From a virus (lineage: Duplodnaviria; Caudoviricetes), in IMG/VR virus record IMGVR_UViG_3300006793_000044, positions 1-53,147 of that record: a DNA stretch of 53,147 nt; one strand, written 5' to 3'. The stretch's first letter is position 1, and each line of letters begins with the position of its first letter. The notes beneath the pieces were generated by a model. That model worked only from the letters and a program-made list of their open reading frames with translations. It was not told where the DNA came from and ran no database searches. Positions 9,765-18,597 of the stretch are shown one piece after another. Both the position numbers and the translations under genes were made by a program.

Positions 9765-12700
9765 TGTCTTCAGCAGAAGAAGAAGCCCTCAAAAAACTTG
9801 GTATTACCCTTTCCCCTGCAGACGCTGGGGAGGTAACCGAAGAAGATCTTTTAAAAAAACTCGGTATAGAATTACCTCCGCCTTCCTTTGAGGCTGCTTT
9901 CCCGACCAATATGTACGATGGCCTTAGCCTCGGAGAGGCGATGGACCGCTATAAGGACATCGTTTATCAGAAAGACGAGAACGGGGAACATACCAGAGAG
10001 CTGAACCCGAATATTGAGCTGGTTGGTAACTCCCACAGATTTGTAAGGGAGGATGGCAGTGACTCACTAATCCCGGAACCCCAAACCAGTTTGATGGGCG
10101 GGGCAAGGATGCTCTTTGGGGCAGACCCTTATGATGTTACGGCCAAGGTTGGTGGTCTACAAATTCTGCGTAAAGGTATTCAAGAAAGCGTGTCTGATTT
10201 GAGAGAAGCAGACGCCGCTGTTTTAGAGAAAACAGGTGGGGCTGATCTACTTAGATCCTCTCCAATTGGCGATCAATATCCAGATGACCTTGTTGAGAGC
10301 GCTCAAGAAAAGGCAGTGAATGTCGATACTGGTGGGACTTTTTTTGATGCGTTGATTGCTGACGCTGGCCCTGCCATCATTGCTGGTCTTCCCGCTGGGA
10401 TGGGCACAGTACGTGCTTTATCTGTAATCCCGCAAACAACATCTAAAGTAGCCAATGTTGTCCTTAATACCTTTAAAGGTCTTACTGCGACACTTACCGG
10501 GGAAACGGCTGCAACGCTGACCACAGGCACAGACGAGGGCACATTAGTAATGGGCCCAAACGCTACCTTTCCAGCCTTCCCTGACTTAGTTGATCTTGGG
10601 GACGAGGAAGCAGACAGGGTCATCGAACACAGATTAAACACGCTGACTGAAGGCATGGCCCTTGGTGGGCTTGTTCTATCAGCGATAGCGACAACAAAGG
10701 CCGCTACCACCACTGCAGCTCAGTTTCTTCTGAACGGATTTGTGACTGCAGCTAAGGGGCCAGAGAAAGCTGTTTATATGCAGTTATCTCTCGAGCTGGC
10801 TAACCTTCCACCTGATGCTAACGAAGCAATGCTGGCAGAGGCGCGTCAGCGCGTAGCTAAGATTGTGGAGGATAATAAGGAAGTCCTAGTACAATCTATT
10901 CGTGGCATGGATCAGAACCAACAGGTCACAATTGATACGGTGAGTGCGCTTCTTAAGGGCACTGATAATCAAGCTGATCGAAGCAATGCCTTGGGCGTCA
11001 GGGCTGGGGCCATGAACATCCCGGGATCACCTGTTGTGGACGCTGTGGATGCACCTATCGCAGCTGTGCAGCAAGACTTAAAGCTACAGGCCCAAGAGCT
11101 GGGTGGAGATACAGCTGCTAAGCAGACTGCCAAGCTGCAAGAGGGAGCTGAGCTTCTCACGGATACTGCTCGGGGATCTGTGGATGAGGTCAGTGGTGGT
11201 CTAGCCCAAGCGCAAACTAAGTATGATGCAGACTATGCAAAGATCATGGAAGGCTTTGATCAAGATTTAGAATTTACGAGTATGCTTGATAGGTTAACTG
11301 CTCAATATGGCACAGATTTAGAAGGCCCTGCGACAGCAACAAGGGACAGAATAAAAGCGTTGCTTGAAAATGCCTATGTCTCGCAGAAAACTGCTAAAGA
11401 TAGCAAATATGCCGCTGTAAGCGGCGGACCAATTGATGCAGAAGCAATTATTGATCAGTTTGAACAAATCAATCTAGGCAGCATCACCGAAGCAGAAATT
11501 CTGTTAAAAAATAATAACGGGGCGGTAGGAAGACTTCATAAGCTTGTGCAACCTAAACTGGTTCCGGATGAGGCTGGTGAAGAGGGCGCTACGCGGCGTG
11601 AAACGCCAGAGGAAGTAATAGATCGAGTGCAGGAGTTTATGGACAATGATCCAAAGCTTAACTTCGGGTTCTTCTATAAAGACGTTAGACAAGAAATGTC
11701 CCGGCTTGCCGCTGAATTATTCAACAGAGATCGTCTTTTAGCTGGTTCAGAAGTGCGAAACTTTATTAGGTTTATCGACAACGACATGCTGGACTTTGTT
11801 GAGCAAGAAGGCGGCGATGCGCTTGCTGCGAATGCGCGTGAAGCTAAACGATATTTTGCAGAAGACTACATGTTTAAATCTGGTGGCCCGGGAGCACCAA
11901 AGTCGAAGCTAGCTGAATATGCTGAGCTGTACGATAGTACTCTTGGTCGTACCAACAGGCAGGATCTCACCGCAACAATGACAGGTGGGGGATTTAACAG
12001 AGATGCTTACGACAGCTCCTTTGAGGATCTTTCCACCAGCTGGTTGGAGCAAGGCAACCGTTTTGATATTGCACATCTTAAGAAAGCTCTGAGCACCCTC
12101 AAAGGAACAGATGGCGGCGAGATTGCAGATTATATGGTGCTGAAGGTACTAGGTCGCTTTGCATTGGATGCTAGGGCGGGTGGTATTGACGGCATTGACT
12201 ATGGCAAGCTGACTAGCGAGCTCGGTAAATACTCAAGCGTATTATCTGCTAATTTCCCAGAAAAAGCTGACTTAATTAATGGCTTCCTAAAACGACTTGA
12301 GACTGCCCGAGGCAGTCAGGATGAGTTACTTAAAGTACTCGAGAGTACGAAGGCTAGCGCAGACAAAGGCATAGCGCAGCTGCAGGGCAGTATTCTTACA
12401 GAGTTCTTTGATAAGTCCCTTACCCCACAGCTGAAGCAGATTGCTAACAGCTCAGAGATCTTTGCGACATCTGACCCGTACAAAGCGTTCTCTGGGTTCT
12501 TTACCGGGGCAGAGACTGTTAGCCGAATGCGACAGCTTTTACAGGCGATTGAGGCCTCACCAGAGGCTAATCGTCCTGTGATTAAAGATGCGTTAAAGCT
12601 AGCTTACAATAAGTTTCTAGATGACAAGCTTATTGGCAGGAAGTTACAGACTAGCGGTGTAACACCCATGAACGTGGCTCCCGGGGAGAAAGCTGCTGAT

Positions 12701-13216
12701 GAGCTCACCCCTCTGTTTCAAGTGGGCAGGGAGATCTACGGAGATGAGGGAGAAGTGCTGTTTAGTGGTCTTGAAGCATCACTCGGTATGGCCCGGGAAA
12801 CAGAAGCATTAAAAGGGGCCAGCCCGATAGCAGGGCAATCTCGCACTGCATTTAATCAGCAAGCACGGACTAACACCAACCGCATGATTGCCATCTTTAT
12901 TGGGCCTCTGAGCCGTATTGGTACGAGGATCCGATCAGTTCTTGGAGGTGCAATCGAGAAGATGGACCCAGATTCACGCGCTATGCTGATCCGCCAAAAC
13001 ATTCTAGCTAATCCTGATGAGTACCTCGCTCTAGCCAGCAAATATAACAAAAATCCGAATGATCCTTTATTGGAAGAAACACTAATGTATTTCCTTGGAT
13101 CTGGCCTGATCAAAACGGACCTAGAGGCGGATGCTGAAGGTGTGCCGGGTATGTTCGAGGATGCACGGGGCGAAGTAAGCGAGGCAGCTGAAGCAATAAA
13201 TGCAGTAGTCCAATAA
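9764..13216 (+). CDS. Large internal virion (ejection) protein
   Basis: 1150 aa helical ORF ending the late operon. Confidence 0.65.
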   Translation: MSSAEEEALKKLGITLSPADAGEVTEEDLLKKLGIELPPPSFEAAFPTNMYDGLSLGEAMDRYKDIVYQKDENGEHTRELNPNIELVGNSHRFVREDGSDSLIPEPQTSLMGGARMLFGADPYDVTAKVGGLQILRKGIQESVSDLREADAAVLEKTGGADLLRSSPIGDQYPDDLVESAQEKAVNVDTGGTFFDALIADAGPAIIAGLPAGMGTVRALSVIPQTTSKVANVVLNTFKGLTATLTGETAATLTTGTDEGTLVMGPNATFPAFPDLVDLGDEEADRVIEHRLNTLTEGMALGGLVLSAIATTKAATTTAAQFLLNGFVTAAKGPEKAVYMQLSLELANLPPDANEAMLAEARQRVAKIVEDNKEVLVQSIRGMDQNQQVTIDTVSALLKGTDNQADRSNALGVRAGAMNIPGSPVVDAVDAPIAAVQQDLKLQAQELGGDTAAKQTAKLQEGAELLTDTARGSVDEVSGGLAQAQTKYDADYAKIMEGFDQDLEFTSMLDRLTAQYGTDLEGPATATRDRIKALLENAYVSQKTAKDSKYAAVSGGPIDAEAIIDQFEQINLGSITEAEILLKNNNGAVGRLHKLVQPKLVPDEAGEEGATRRETPEEVIDRVQEFMDNDPKLNFGFFYKDVRQEMSRLAAELFNRDRLLAGSEVRNFIRFIDNDMLDFVEQEGGDALAANAREAKRYFAEDYMFKSGGPGAPKSKLAEYAELYDSTLGRTNRQDLTATMTGGGFNRDAYDSSFEDLSTSWLEQGNRFDIAHLKKALSTLKGTDGGEIADYMVLKVLGRFALDARAGGIDGIDYGKLTSELGKYSSVLSANFPEKADLINGFLKRLETARGSQDELLKVLESTKASADKGIAQLQGSILTEFFDKSLTPQLKQIANSSEIFATSDPYKAFSGFFTGAETVSRMRQLLQAIEASPEANRPVIKDALKLAYNKFLDDKLIGRKLQTSGVTPMNVAPGEKAADELTPLFQVGREIYGDEGEVLFSGLEASLGMARETEALKGASPIAGQSRTAFNQQARTNTNRMIAIFIGPLSRIGTRIRSVLGGAIEKMDPDSRAMLIRQNILANPDEYLALASKYNKNPNDPLLEETLMYFLGSGLIKTDLEADAEGVPGMFEDARGEVSEAAEAINAVVQ

Positions 13217-13242
13217 AAAACCCGGGGGAGCAACCCCCGGGT
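13215..13242 (-). terminator. Rho-independent terminator (minus strand)
   Basis: Perfect stem ACCCGGGGG/CCCCCGGGT followed by a U run on the minus strand. Confidence 0.85.
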
Positions 13243-13284
13243 CTATATAGCAGCTCGGAGAACGACCAAGAACCCCTCGCTGCC
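13215..13284 (-). ncRNA. Putative trans-acting sRNA antisense to the GGAGAACGACCA RBS motif
   Basis: Promoter upstream, GGCAGC/GCUGCU stem enclosing UUGGUCGUUCUCCGA, terminator downstream, no ORF. Confidence 0.7.
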
Positions 13285-13287
13285 ACA

Positions 13288-13316
13288 ATCTTATCTTAGT
13301 AAGGCCCCCCGGTCAA
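13288..13316 (-). promoter_or_regulatory. Sigma70 promoter TTGACC-N17-TAAGAT
   Basis: Plus strand shows GGTCAA at 13311-13316 and ATCTTA at 13288-13293. Confidence 0.7.
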
Positions 13317-13340
13317 CTTATACCGGGAGGTCTTTTTTTT
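13302..13340 (+). terminator. Rho-independent terminator of the late operon
   Basis: AGGCCCCCCGGT/ACCGGGAGGTCT stem followed by a T run. Confidence 0.8.
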
Positions 13341-13450
13341 GTACCTTGTATCTATCAATACAATGTAAGGGCCTCAAACTAACGAACATCAAGGAGACCA
13401 ATCCTCGATACACTTAATAATTACCATACTAATTACCTTAGTGGAAGGGG

Positions 13451-13684
13451 CTAGCGTTCATTTATTTCCTCTACGCCCATTTTCCAAACGTAAATGGGTG
13501 TGTGTTCCCCGACATAAGCCCCAAGAGTATTGTGACTGAAAAACTCCTGCGCCTCATCTTGATCCATGCCACCTTCCATAAGTATATCCACGCATTTATC
13601 TGCGTCATAAACGATGATTTCGGGGGAGCCACAACGCTCCCCCACACCAATTATAGCTGCATCAAAACCGTCAGCGGTGAGCAT
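13451..13684 (-). CDS. Conserved phage hypothetical protein
   Basis: ADGFDAAIIG...EAQEFFSHNTLGAYVGEHTP; coupled to RNR gene. Confidence 0.75.
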   Translation of the reverse strand: MLTADGFDAAIIGVGERCGSPEIIVYDADKCVDILMEGGMDQDEAQEFFSHNTLGAYVGEHTPIYVWKMGVEEINER

Positions 13685-15426
13685 TATTCACACTTTCTGA
13701 GGCCTGTGGCGGGGTCATAATAACAAGCTCCGCCCTCTTCTATGAAATTGTCGGGTTCTTCGATATCAGGCTCTGCTACATCCTCAACAGCTGATGCATT
13801 TAAAATCCCAAAACGCTTCCCACTGGCACGGAATGTCGTACAACCGCTGGAACCGCCTTCATAGGCGGTCATGTAGACTTGTTTAAAGTCTTCCCAGCCC
13901 ACATCATCTCCGACATTGCATGTTTTACTACAAGCAGAATCGACATATTTACTGGCTGTGTTCAATACTTTTACATGATCAAATACGGACAGTTCATTAG
14001 TTGTTTTGCCCTTGATCCCAAAGTTCTGGTAGCCGTAATCCTTCACAGTTTCGATCCTTGCCCCATCAAACGTCTGGATCGTTCTATCGTAACTATGGGA
14101 GAATACAGGCTCAATGCCCGAGCTCACATTGTCCGCTGACAGGCTAATTGTGCCAGTAGGAGCTACGGACAATAGATGGCTATTTCTAATGCCGTGGGTC
14201 TGTATTAAATCGCGGATACTGAGCGGTAATGTTTGTGCAAATTCAGATTCAAGGTACTTATCATTATACAGTGGAAACTTACCTTTTTCGACGGCCAAAG
14301 AGATAGAAGTCATGTAGCAGCCATCCCTAATTACGCTCATGATTTTTTCAAGCCAGTAGATGAAATCATCTGACCCATATGTATAGCCCATAGATTCAAT
14401 AGCGTTAGCCACGCCAGTGACACCTAACCCCATCCTGCGCGTGTCTTTGGCTTGCTTTTCCTGCTGTGGCAGTGGGTAAGTTGCTTTGTCCACAACATTG
14501 TCCATTGCCCGAACAACATGCGGAATATCGTTCTTAAGCATTTGCATGTTAAAGGAGTATTTACCGTCAGGCGTCATTTGAACGTATTTAGCAAGATTGA
14601 AAGACCCCAACAAACAGGCCCCGTAGGGCGGCAGAGGCTGTTCTCCGCAGGGATTTGTTGCAGCGATACGCTCACAGTAATGTAGGTTATTTTTTCTATT
14701 AATACGATCAATAAATAGGATACCCGGCTCAGCCCAATCCCAAGTGCTGCGTAGGATATCGTCCCACAATGCCCGGGCGTTAATAGTGCTGTAGACTGTA
14801 CCCTCAAACACCAGATCAAAGTCACTGTCGGCTTTCACAGCCGCCATAAACTCGTCAGTAACGCCCACGCTCATGTTAAACTGTGTAAGCTCTGTATCGT
14901 TGTTTTTTGCGCGGATAAATTTTTCGATATCGGGGTGATCGACCCTCATAACGGCCATCTGCGCCCCGCGTCTGTGTCCTGCACTGGCAATAGTTTTACA
15001 GGTGGCATCAAAAATTCCCATAAAGCTCAGAGGACCGCTAGATCTACTATCTAAGCTTCTAATATGCGACCCATGAGGACGAAGCGTACTGAAATCATAA
15101 CCGATCCCACCGCCCAGCTGCATTGTCCGGGCAGCTTCACCATTTGCATCCATGATGCCTTCCATACTGTCTGGGATAGTTCCACTGACAAAGCAATTGT
15201 ATGGCGTCACCGTGCGCGGTGCGCCCATAGCAGATTGCACCCGCCCAGCTGGAAGAAATCTCTGGTTATATAGAATTGTTCTAAAATTGTTGAAATGTGC
15301 TTCATCGTCTTTAAGCGCTTCAGCAACCCGTGTCATTGCTTCGGTAAAAGTCTCGCCCTCTGAGCGATATTTCATAGCGTGTATTTCTTCAGAAATATTC
15401 AGCGTAGGCCCGTAGTGATTTTTCAT
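13684..15426 (-). CDS. nrdJ: Class II (B12-dependent) ribonucleotide reductase
   Basis: FLPAGR, NCFV, RRGAQM, TNPCGEQ, APTGT motifs; C-terminal Cys pair; no small subunit gene nearby. Confidence 0.9.
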   Translation of the reverse strand: MKNHYGPTLNISEEIHAMKYRSEGETFTEAMTRVAEALKDDEAHFNNFRTILYNQRFLPAGRVQSAMGAPRTVTPYNCFVSGTIPDSMEGIMDANGEAARTMQLGGGIGYDFSTLRPHGSHIRSLDSRSSGPLSFMGIFDATCKTIASAGHRRGAQMAVMRVDHPDIEKFIRAKNNDTELTQFNMSVGVTDEFMAAVKADSDFDLVFEGTVYSTINARALWDDILRSTWDWAEPGILFIDRINRKNNLHYCERIAATNPCGEQPLPPYGACLLGSFNLAKYVQMTPDGKYSFNMQMLKNDIPHVVRAMDNVVDKATYPLPQQEKQAKDTRRMGLGVTGVANAIESMGYTYGSDDFIYWLEKIMSVIRDGCYMTSISLAVEKGKFPLYNDKYLESEFAQTLPLSIRDLIQTHGIRNSHLLSVAPTGTISLSADNVSSGIEPVFSHSYDRTIQTFDGARIETVKDYGYQNFGIKGKTTNELSVFDHVKVLNTASKYVDSACSKTCNVGDDVGWEDFKQVYMTAYEGGSSGCTTFRASGKRFGILNASAVEDVAEPDIEEPDNFIEEGGACYYDPATGLRKCE

Positions 15427-15920
15427 TTTTGCTCCCTCAATACTAAATCTGTTAAGTCTGCTTTTTTGTAATTTGGTCCTTTAAGAACCTTCCCGTCAGG
15501 CCTGAGTAACGGCTTACCGTTTGGCCCTAACTTGCTCATGTTTGCTGCGTGAATACGCCTCACAGCCTCGTCTAAATCCCACCCAAAAGTTGCCGCATAT
15601 AAGTAATCTGTATATACTAGGTCAGCTAACTCAGAGAGCATGGCTGCAGGGCGATTACCTGCCTCTCTCTCATCAGAAACCTCACCAAACTCTTCTGCAA
15701 TCAATCGGTATCTGAGGTCTTCCAAATCACGGTTAAACTTCCAGTTCTCATCAAGTGGCTGGCCCATTGCAGTGGCAAATTCTTTGACCATATCCAGTGG
15801 GGTACAATCCAAATATTCGTCTGCAGGATCATCAGGCAGGTCTTTTACTTGCTCATAGGCCTTAAGTATCTCTGCCAGCCGATCTTCTTCACAATCATCA
15901 ATATCCTGTTGAGTGATCAT
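15423..15920 (-). CDS. MazG-like/PRA-PH NTP pyrophosphohydrolase
   Basis: LIAEEFGE, ELADLVY, IHAANMSK, DGKVLKG motifs. Confidence 0.8.
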   Translation of the reverse strand: MITQQDIDDCEEDRLAEILKAYEQVKDLPDDPADEYLDCTPLDMVKEFATAMGQPLDENWKFNRDLEDLRYRLIAEEFGEVSDEREAGNRPAAMLSELADLVYTDYLYAATFGWDLDEAVRRIHAANMSKLGPNGKPLLRPDGKVLKGPNYKKADLTDLVLREQK

Positions 15921-16192
15921 CGTTCTGCCTCTAGTTTTTTAATAAGTCGATCCAAATACCAGCGGCACTTTTTTAAGTCCTCAAGGCCGTTTTTGTAGGG
16001 CCAGCGCCAAAGGTATTTGAAAGAATTTTGCCAGCAATATGCCTGATGGCTGGGTATATCCGCGCCTTCGGACATTGCTTCCATAGCCTCGATGCATTCT
16101 ATATTTGCAGAGTTATAATGAGGCGGCTTGTCCACCATATTTGCGTGAATAGGGGGAGACGGGTGCCAATCAGTTTCAGCCCATTTCGCCAT
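15917..16192 (-). CDS. DUF3310-family protein (T7 gp1.7-like)
   Basis: VDKPPHY, ECIEAM, KYLWR, KNGLEDLKKCRWYL. Confidence 0.85.
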   Translation of the reverse strand: MAKWAETDWHPSPPIHANMVDKPPHYNSANIECIEAMEAMSEGADIPSHQAYCWQNSFKYLWRWPYKNGLEDLKKCRWYLDRLIKKLEAER

Positions 16193-16524
16193 CAGTGGAT
16201 CCGGGTCTTTTTAAAGGGCACTATCTTGCCCTCGGCAAGGACATCTAAGAGCTCTTCATCTGGCTCGAATACAATCTCTGGCCCACCATCCTCTTTCCCC
16301 TCAATCAGAAGTCGCTGCAGAAGCCCTTGCCTGATCAGCAGCTCGGGGGCCGCATCCAGCATCATTTGCAAACCGAGTAAAAGATCTACTTGTATCTGGT
16401 ATTCGACCTCACCCACCTCTTCTTTTTCGAGATTGTGCTGGGTCATAACGCTCAGCTCGCCCTCTTCCATATCGATTTGAAAGGCGATCATTAGCGTGTT
16501 TTTGGGCAGATCAATCGGATCCAT
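16192..16524 (-). CDS. Hypothetical acidic protein
   Basis: Translationally coupled ORF in replication operon. Confidence 0.6.
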   Translation of the reverse strand: MDPIDLPKNTLMIAFQIDMEEGELSVMTQHNLEKEEVGEVEYQIQVDLLLGLQMMLDAAPELLIRQGLLQRLLIEGKEDGGPEIVFEPDEELLDVLAEGKIVPFKKTRIH

Positions 16525-16876
16525 TACGGGCTCCTTGTTTTAATAAATTGAAAAAGTAGGTGGCATCGACCACCGCTAAAGGCTGCTTACGGTCTGCCTT
16601 AATGATCACCTCTGGTTCCATGCCCTTTGGGGCATTGGCGATGGCCTGATCAACATAGCTGTACACCGCAATGCTTTTCCGGGCTTTGCACTCTATGGTG
16701 ATCCCCAGCAACCGTCTGGCAGCTGGAGATAGCAGCACATCCTCGCCATGAGCTCCCATAGGATTGCTTTTGCAGTCATCGAGCTCTAGCTCTTTGAACT
16801 TGGAAAGTATTTTCTTAGCAGTCCATTGCTGCAGCTTGCGCCCCTTGGCTTTTGCGGACGAAGTTTTAATCGGCAT
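16511..16876 (-). CDS. PD-(D/E)XK endonuclease/Holliday junction resolvase
   Basis: SAKAKGRKLQ...GEDV...IECK; start reassigned to MPIKT at 16876. Confidence 0.8.
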   Translation of the reverse strand: MPIKTSSAKAKGRKLQQWTAKKILSKFKELELDDCKSNPMGAHGEDVLLSPAARRLLGITIECKARKSIAVYSYVDQAIANAPKGMEPEVIIKADRKQPLAVVDATYFFNLLKQGARNGSD

Positions 16877-17726
16877 CGACGTACCATTTGTGCGGTGGGA
16901 ACTTGGCTTTAGATTCCGCTTGGGGTTTGTACTTCGCGCTGGGCCAACACGTTTTTTTAAAGCTGCAGAAACTACAGCTTTTACAGAGGATTTTCTTGCC
17001 GGTTTCTTTGCGCTGGAAGAACTCGTCTTCCGATTCGAAGCCCCTTTGAAAGCTCGCATCACTTTCTAGCGACCCCACGTTATGCTTGCGGCGAGCCCTG
17101 ATAGCTTTGCACTGAGCAGCGGTAGCTGTGACAGGCACCACCATCAGCTCCCCGGAGGATTTATCTACAACAATCCAACCACCGGGCGGCTTCTTTTGGG
17201 CATCCGCATAACCAAATAGCTGGCCAACGTAGCCAAAATCATCTTCTGCAAGCAGGGCATCAAAGCCCTTGCTCCATTTGTTTTTGTAGGCCCAAGGTGC
17301 GGAGGATTTAATGTCTAGAACCTTGCCCTCAATATCGATATCGCTCGATCCTTTGATGGTTGTTTCTGAGACTTTCATTGTCACATCATCACCGTCACTG
17401 GTGACATCAACCTTGGCTATGGTAAGCAGCATACGAGTGATGACTTCGACACAATCGCCGATCATCATCCTCATAATGTGATTGTAGGGGAACGGTTCAC
17501 GTTCCGCCCCAGACTTCTCCATTTGCAAAGTGCATAAGGGACGGCCCACATTAGACATGCGGACCCTAAAATCTTTATCGTGTTTTTGCGTGAGCTGTTT
17601 TTTGAAGGCTGCGACGAGTTGTTCAGCAGCGGCTTCAAATACCTTGGGATCTACGTCTGCAGTCTCTCCGTTGGAGAGAGACTGCATCAGACCTCTGAGT
17701 TCTAGCTCAAGGGTATCTAGGGCCAA
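16866..17726 (-). CDS. PD-(D/E)XK exonuclease (Cas4/RecB-like)
   Basis: RMSNVGRPLC, GSSD, DIKS, GYVGQL..Y, CKSCSFC...C. Confidence 0.8.
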   Translation of the reverse strand: MALDTLELELRGLMQSLSNGETADVDPKVFEAAAEQLVAAFKKQLTQKHDKDFRVRMSNVGRPLCTLQMEKSGAEREPFPYNHIMRMMIGDCVEVITRMLLTIAKVDVTSDGDDVTMKVSETTIKGSSDIDIEGKVLDIKSSAPWAYKNKWSKGFDALLAEDDFGYVGQLFGYADAQKKPPGGWIVVDKSSGELMVVPVTATAAQCKAIRARRKHNVGSLESDASFQRGFESEDEFFQRKETGKKILCKSCSFCSFKKTCWPSAKYKPQAESKAKFPPHKWYVDAD

Positions 17727-17728
17727 CC

Positions 17729-18547
17729 CTAGCTGCTGTGCTCAAGCGCGGAAGAATAACTGTTGTGCCCATTGCTGGGCTCATGATCGACTGTACCGAG
17801 AGCTGCATAATGCTTTTTCTTAATGCTGTCGTTTTCTTGGCGAGCCTGATCGTTAAACACTTTCAGGGTGGCCACGACATCAGAGGTTAACAGAGCAGGA
17901 GTATCATAGTCGATACCAAAGTTAGTGATGAAGGTTTTACCCTCCTTATGGGTATTCATATCCAGCCACACATCTCTTAGCTGTCTGCCCGACCCTTTGA
18001 GATTTTCTATCACCTTACCTAGCCCCATAAAGTTCATGCCCTTCATGTGAAACTGCACAGGCTCATTTTCAATGCGCTTTTTATCGCCATTTCGATCAAC
18101 GCCATCATAGCTCACAATACCACGCATAACTCTGGTACAAACAACGTCCTTATACTGCTTTCTCTCCGAGTCAGAGAACCCCGACCAAATTTTTGACTCT
18201 GGGCGTCCACAACGCAAACCACCAAGCATATCAATAGGATCTTGGCCTCGTTTATCCATCAAAATTGATTTGTTAATCATTTTAAAGTCTTCTGTGGACT
18301 GCTGTCTCCACTGAGTGTGCTGTAGCAACACTCTCATTTTGATGTTTTCAGCATATGCTGGGCTGGGCCCATGAACATAATACATACCCATACGAAGATG
18401 GGGCACTTCCATCATAAGGTCTGGGTCATATTGGATCTTCAGAAACGGTAATTTTATTACCGCTGTTTCATCTTGGCCTTGCTCAGCAAAGATGGCTGCA
18501 GCTTCGGCAAGTTCTTCTGGGGTAGCGAGTGTTGTGAGGTCAGTCAT
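17729..18547 (-). CDS. Putative single-stranded DNA-binding protein
   Basis: Lies between polymerase and exonuclease; D..GG.RCGRP motif. Confidence 0.55.
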   Translation of the reverse strand: MTDLTTLATPEELAEAAAIFAEQGQDETAVIKLPFLKIQYDPDLMMEVPHLRMGMYYVHGPSPAYAENIKMRVLLQHTQWRQQSTEDFKMINKSILMDKRGQDPIDMLGGLRCGRPESKIWSGFSDSERKQYKDVVCTRVMRGIVSYDGVDRNGDKKRIENEPVQFHMKGMNFMGLGKVIENLKGSGRQLRDVWLDMNTHKEGKTFITNFGIDYDTPALLTSDVVATLKVFNDQARQENDSIKKKHYAALGTVDHEPSNGHNSYSSALEHSS

Positions 18548-18597
18548 AGATTTTCCTATGTTTGATTAAGAGTATATATCTTACCTCAATACCTACC

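Noticed and set aside
16866-17726. Cas4 as evidence of a CRISPR system
   Set aside because: Stand-alone PD-(D/E)XK exonuclease in the replication operon, common in phages.
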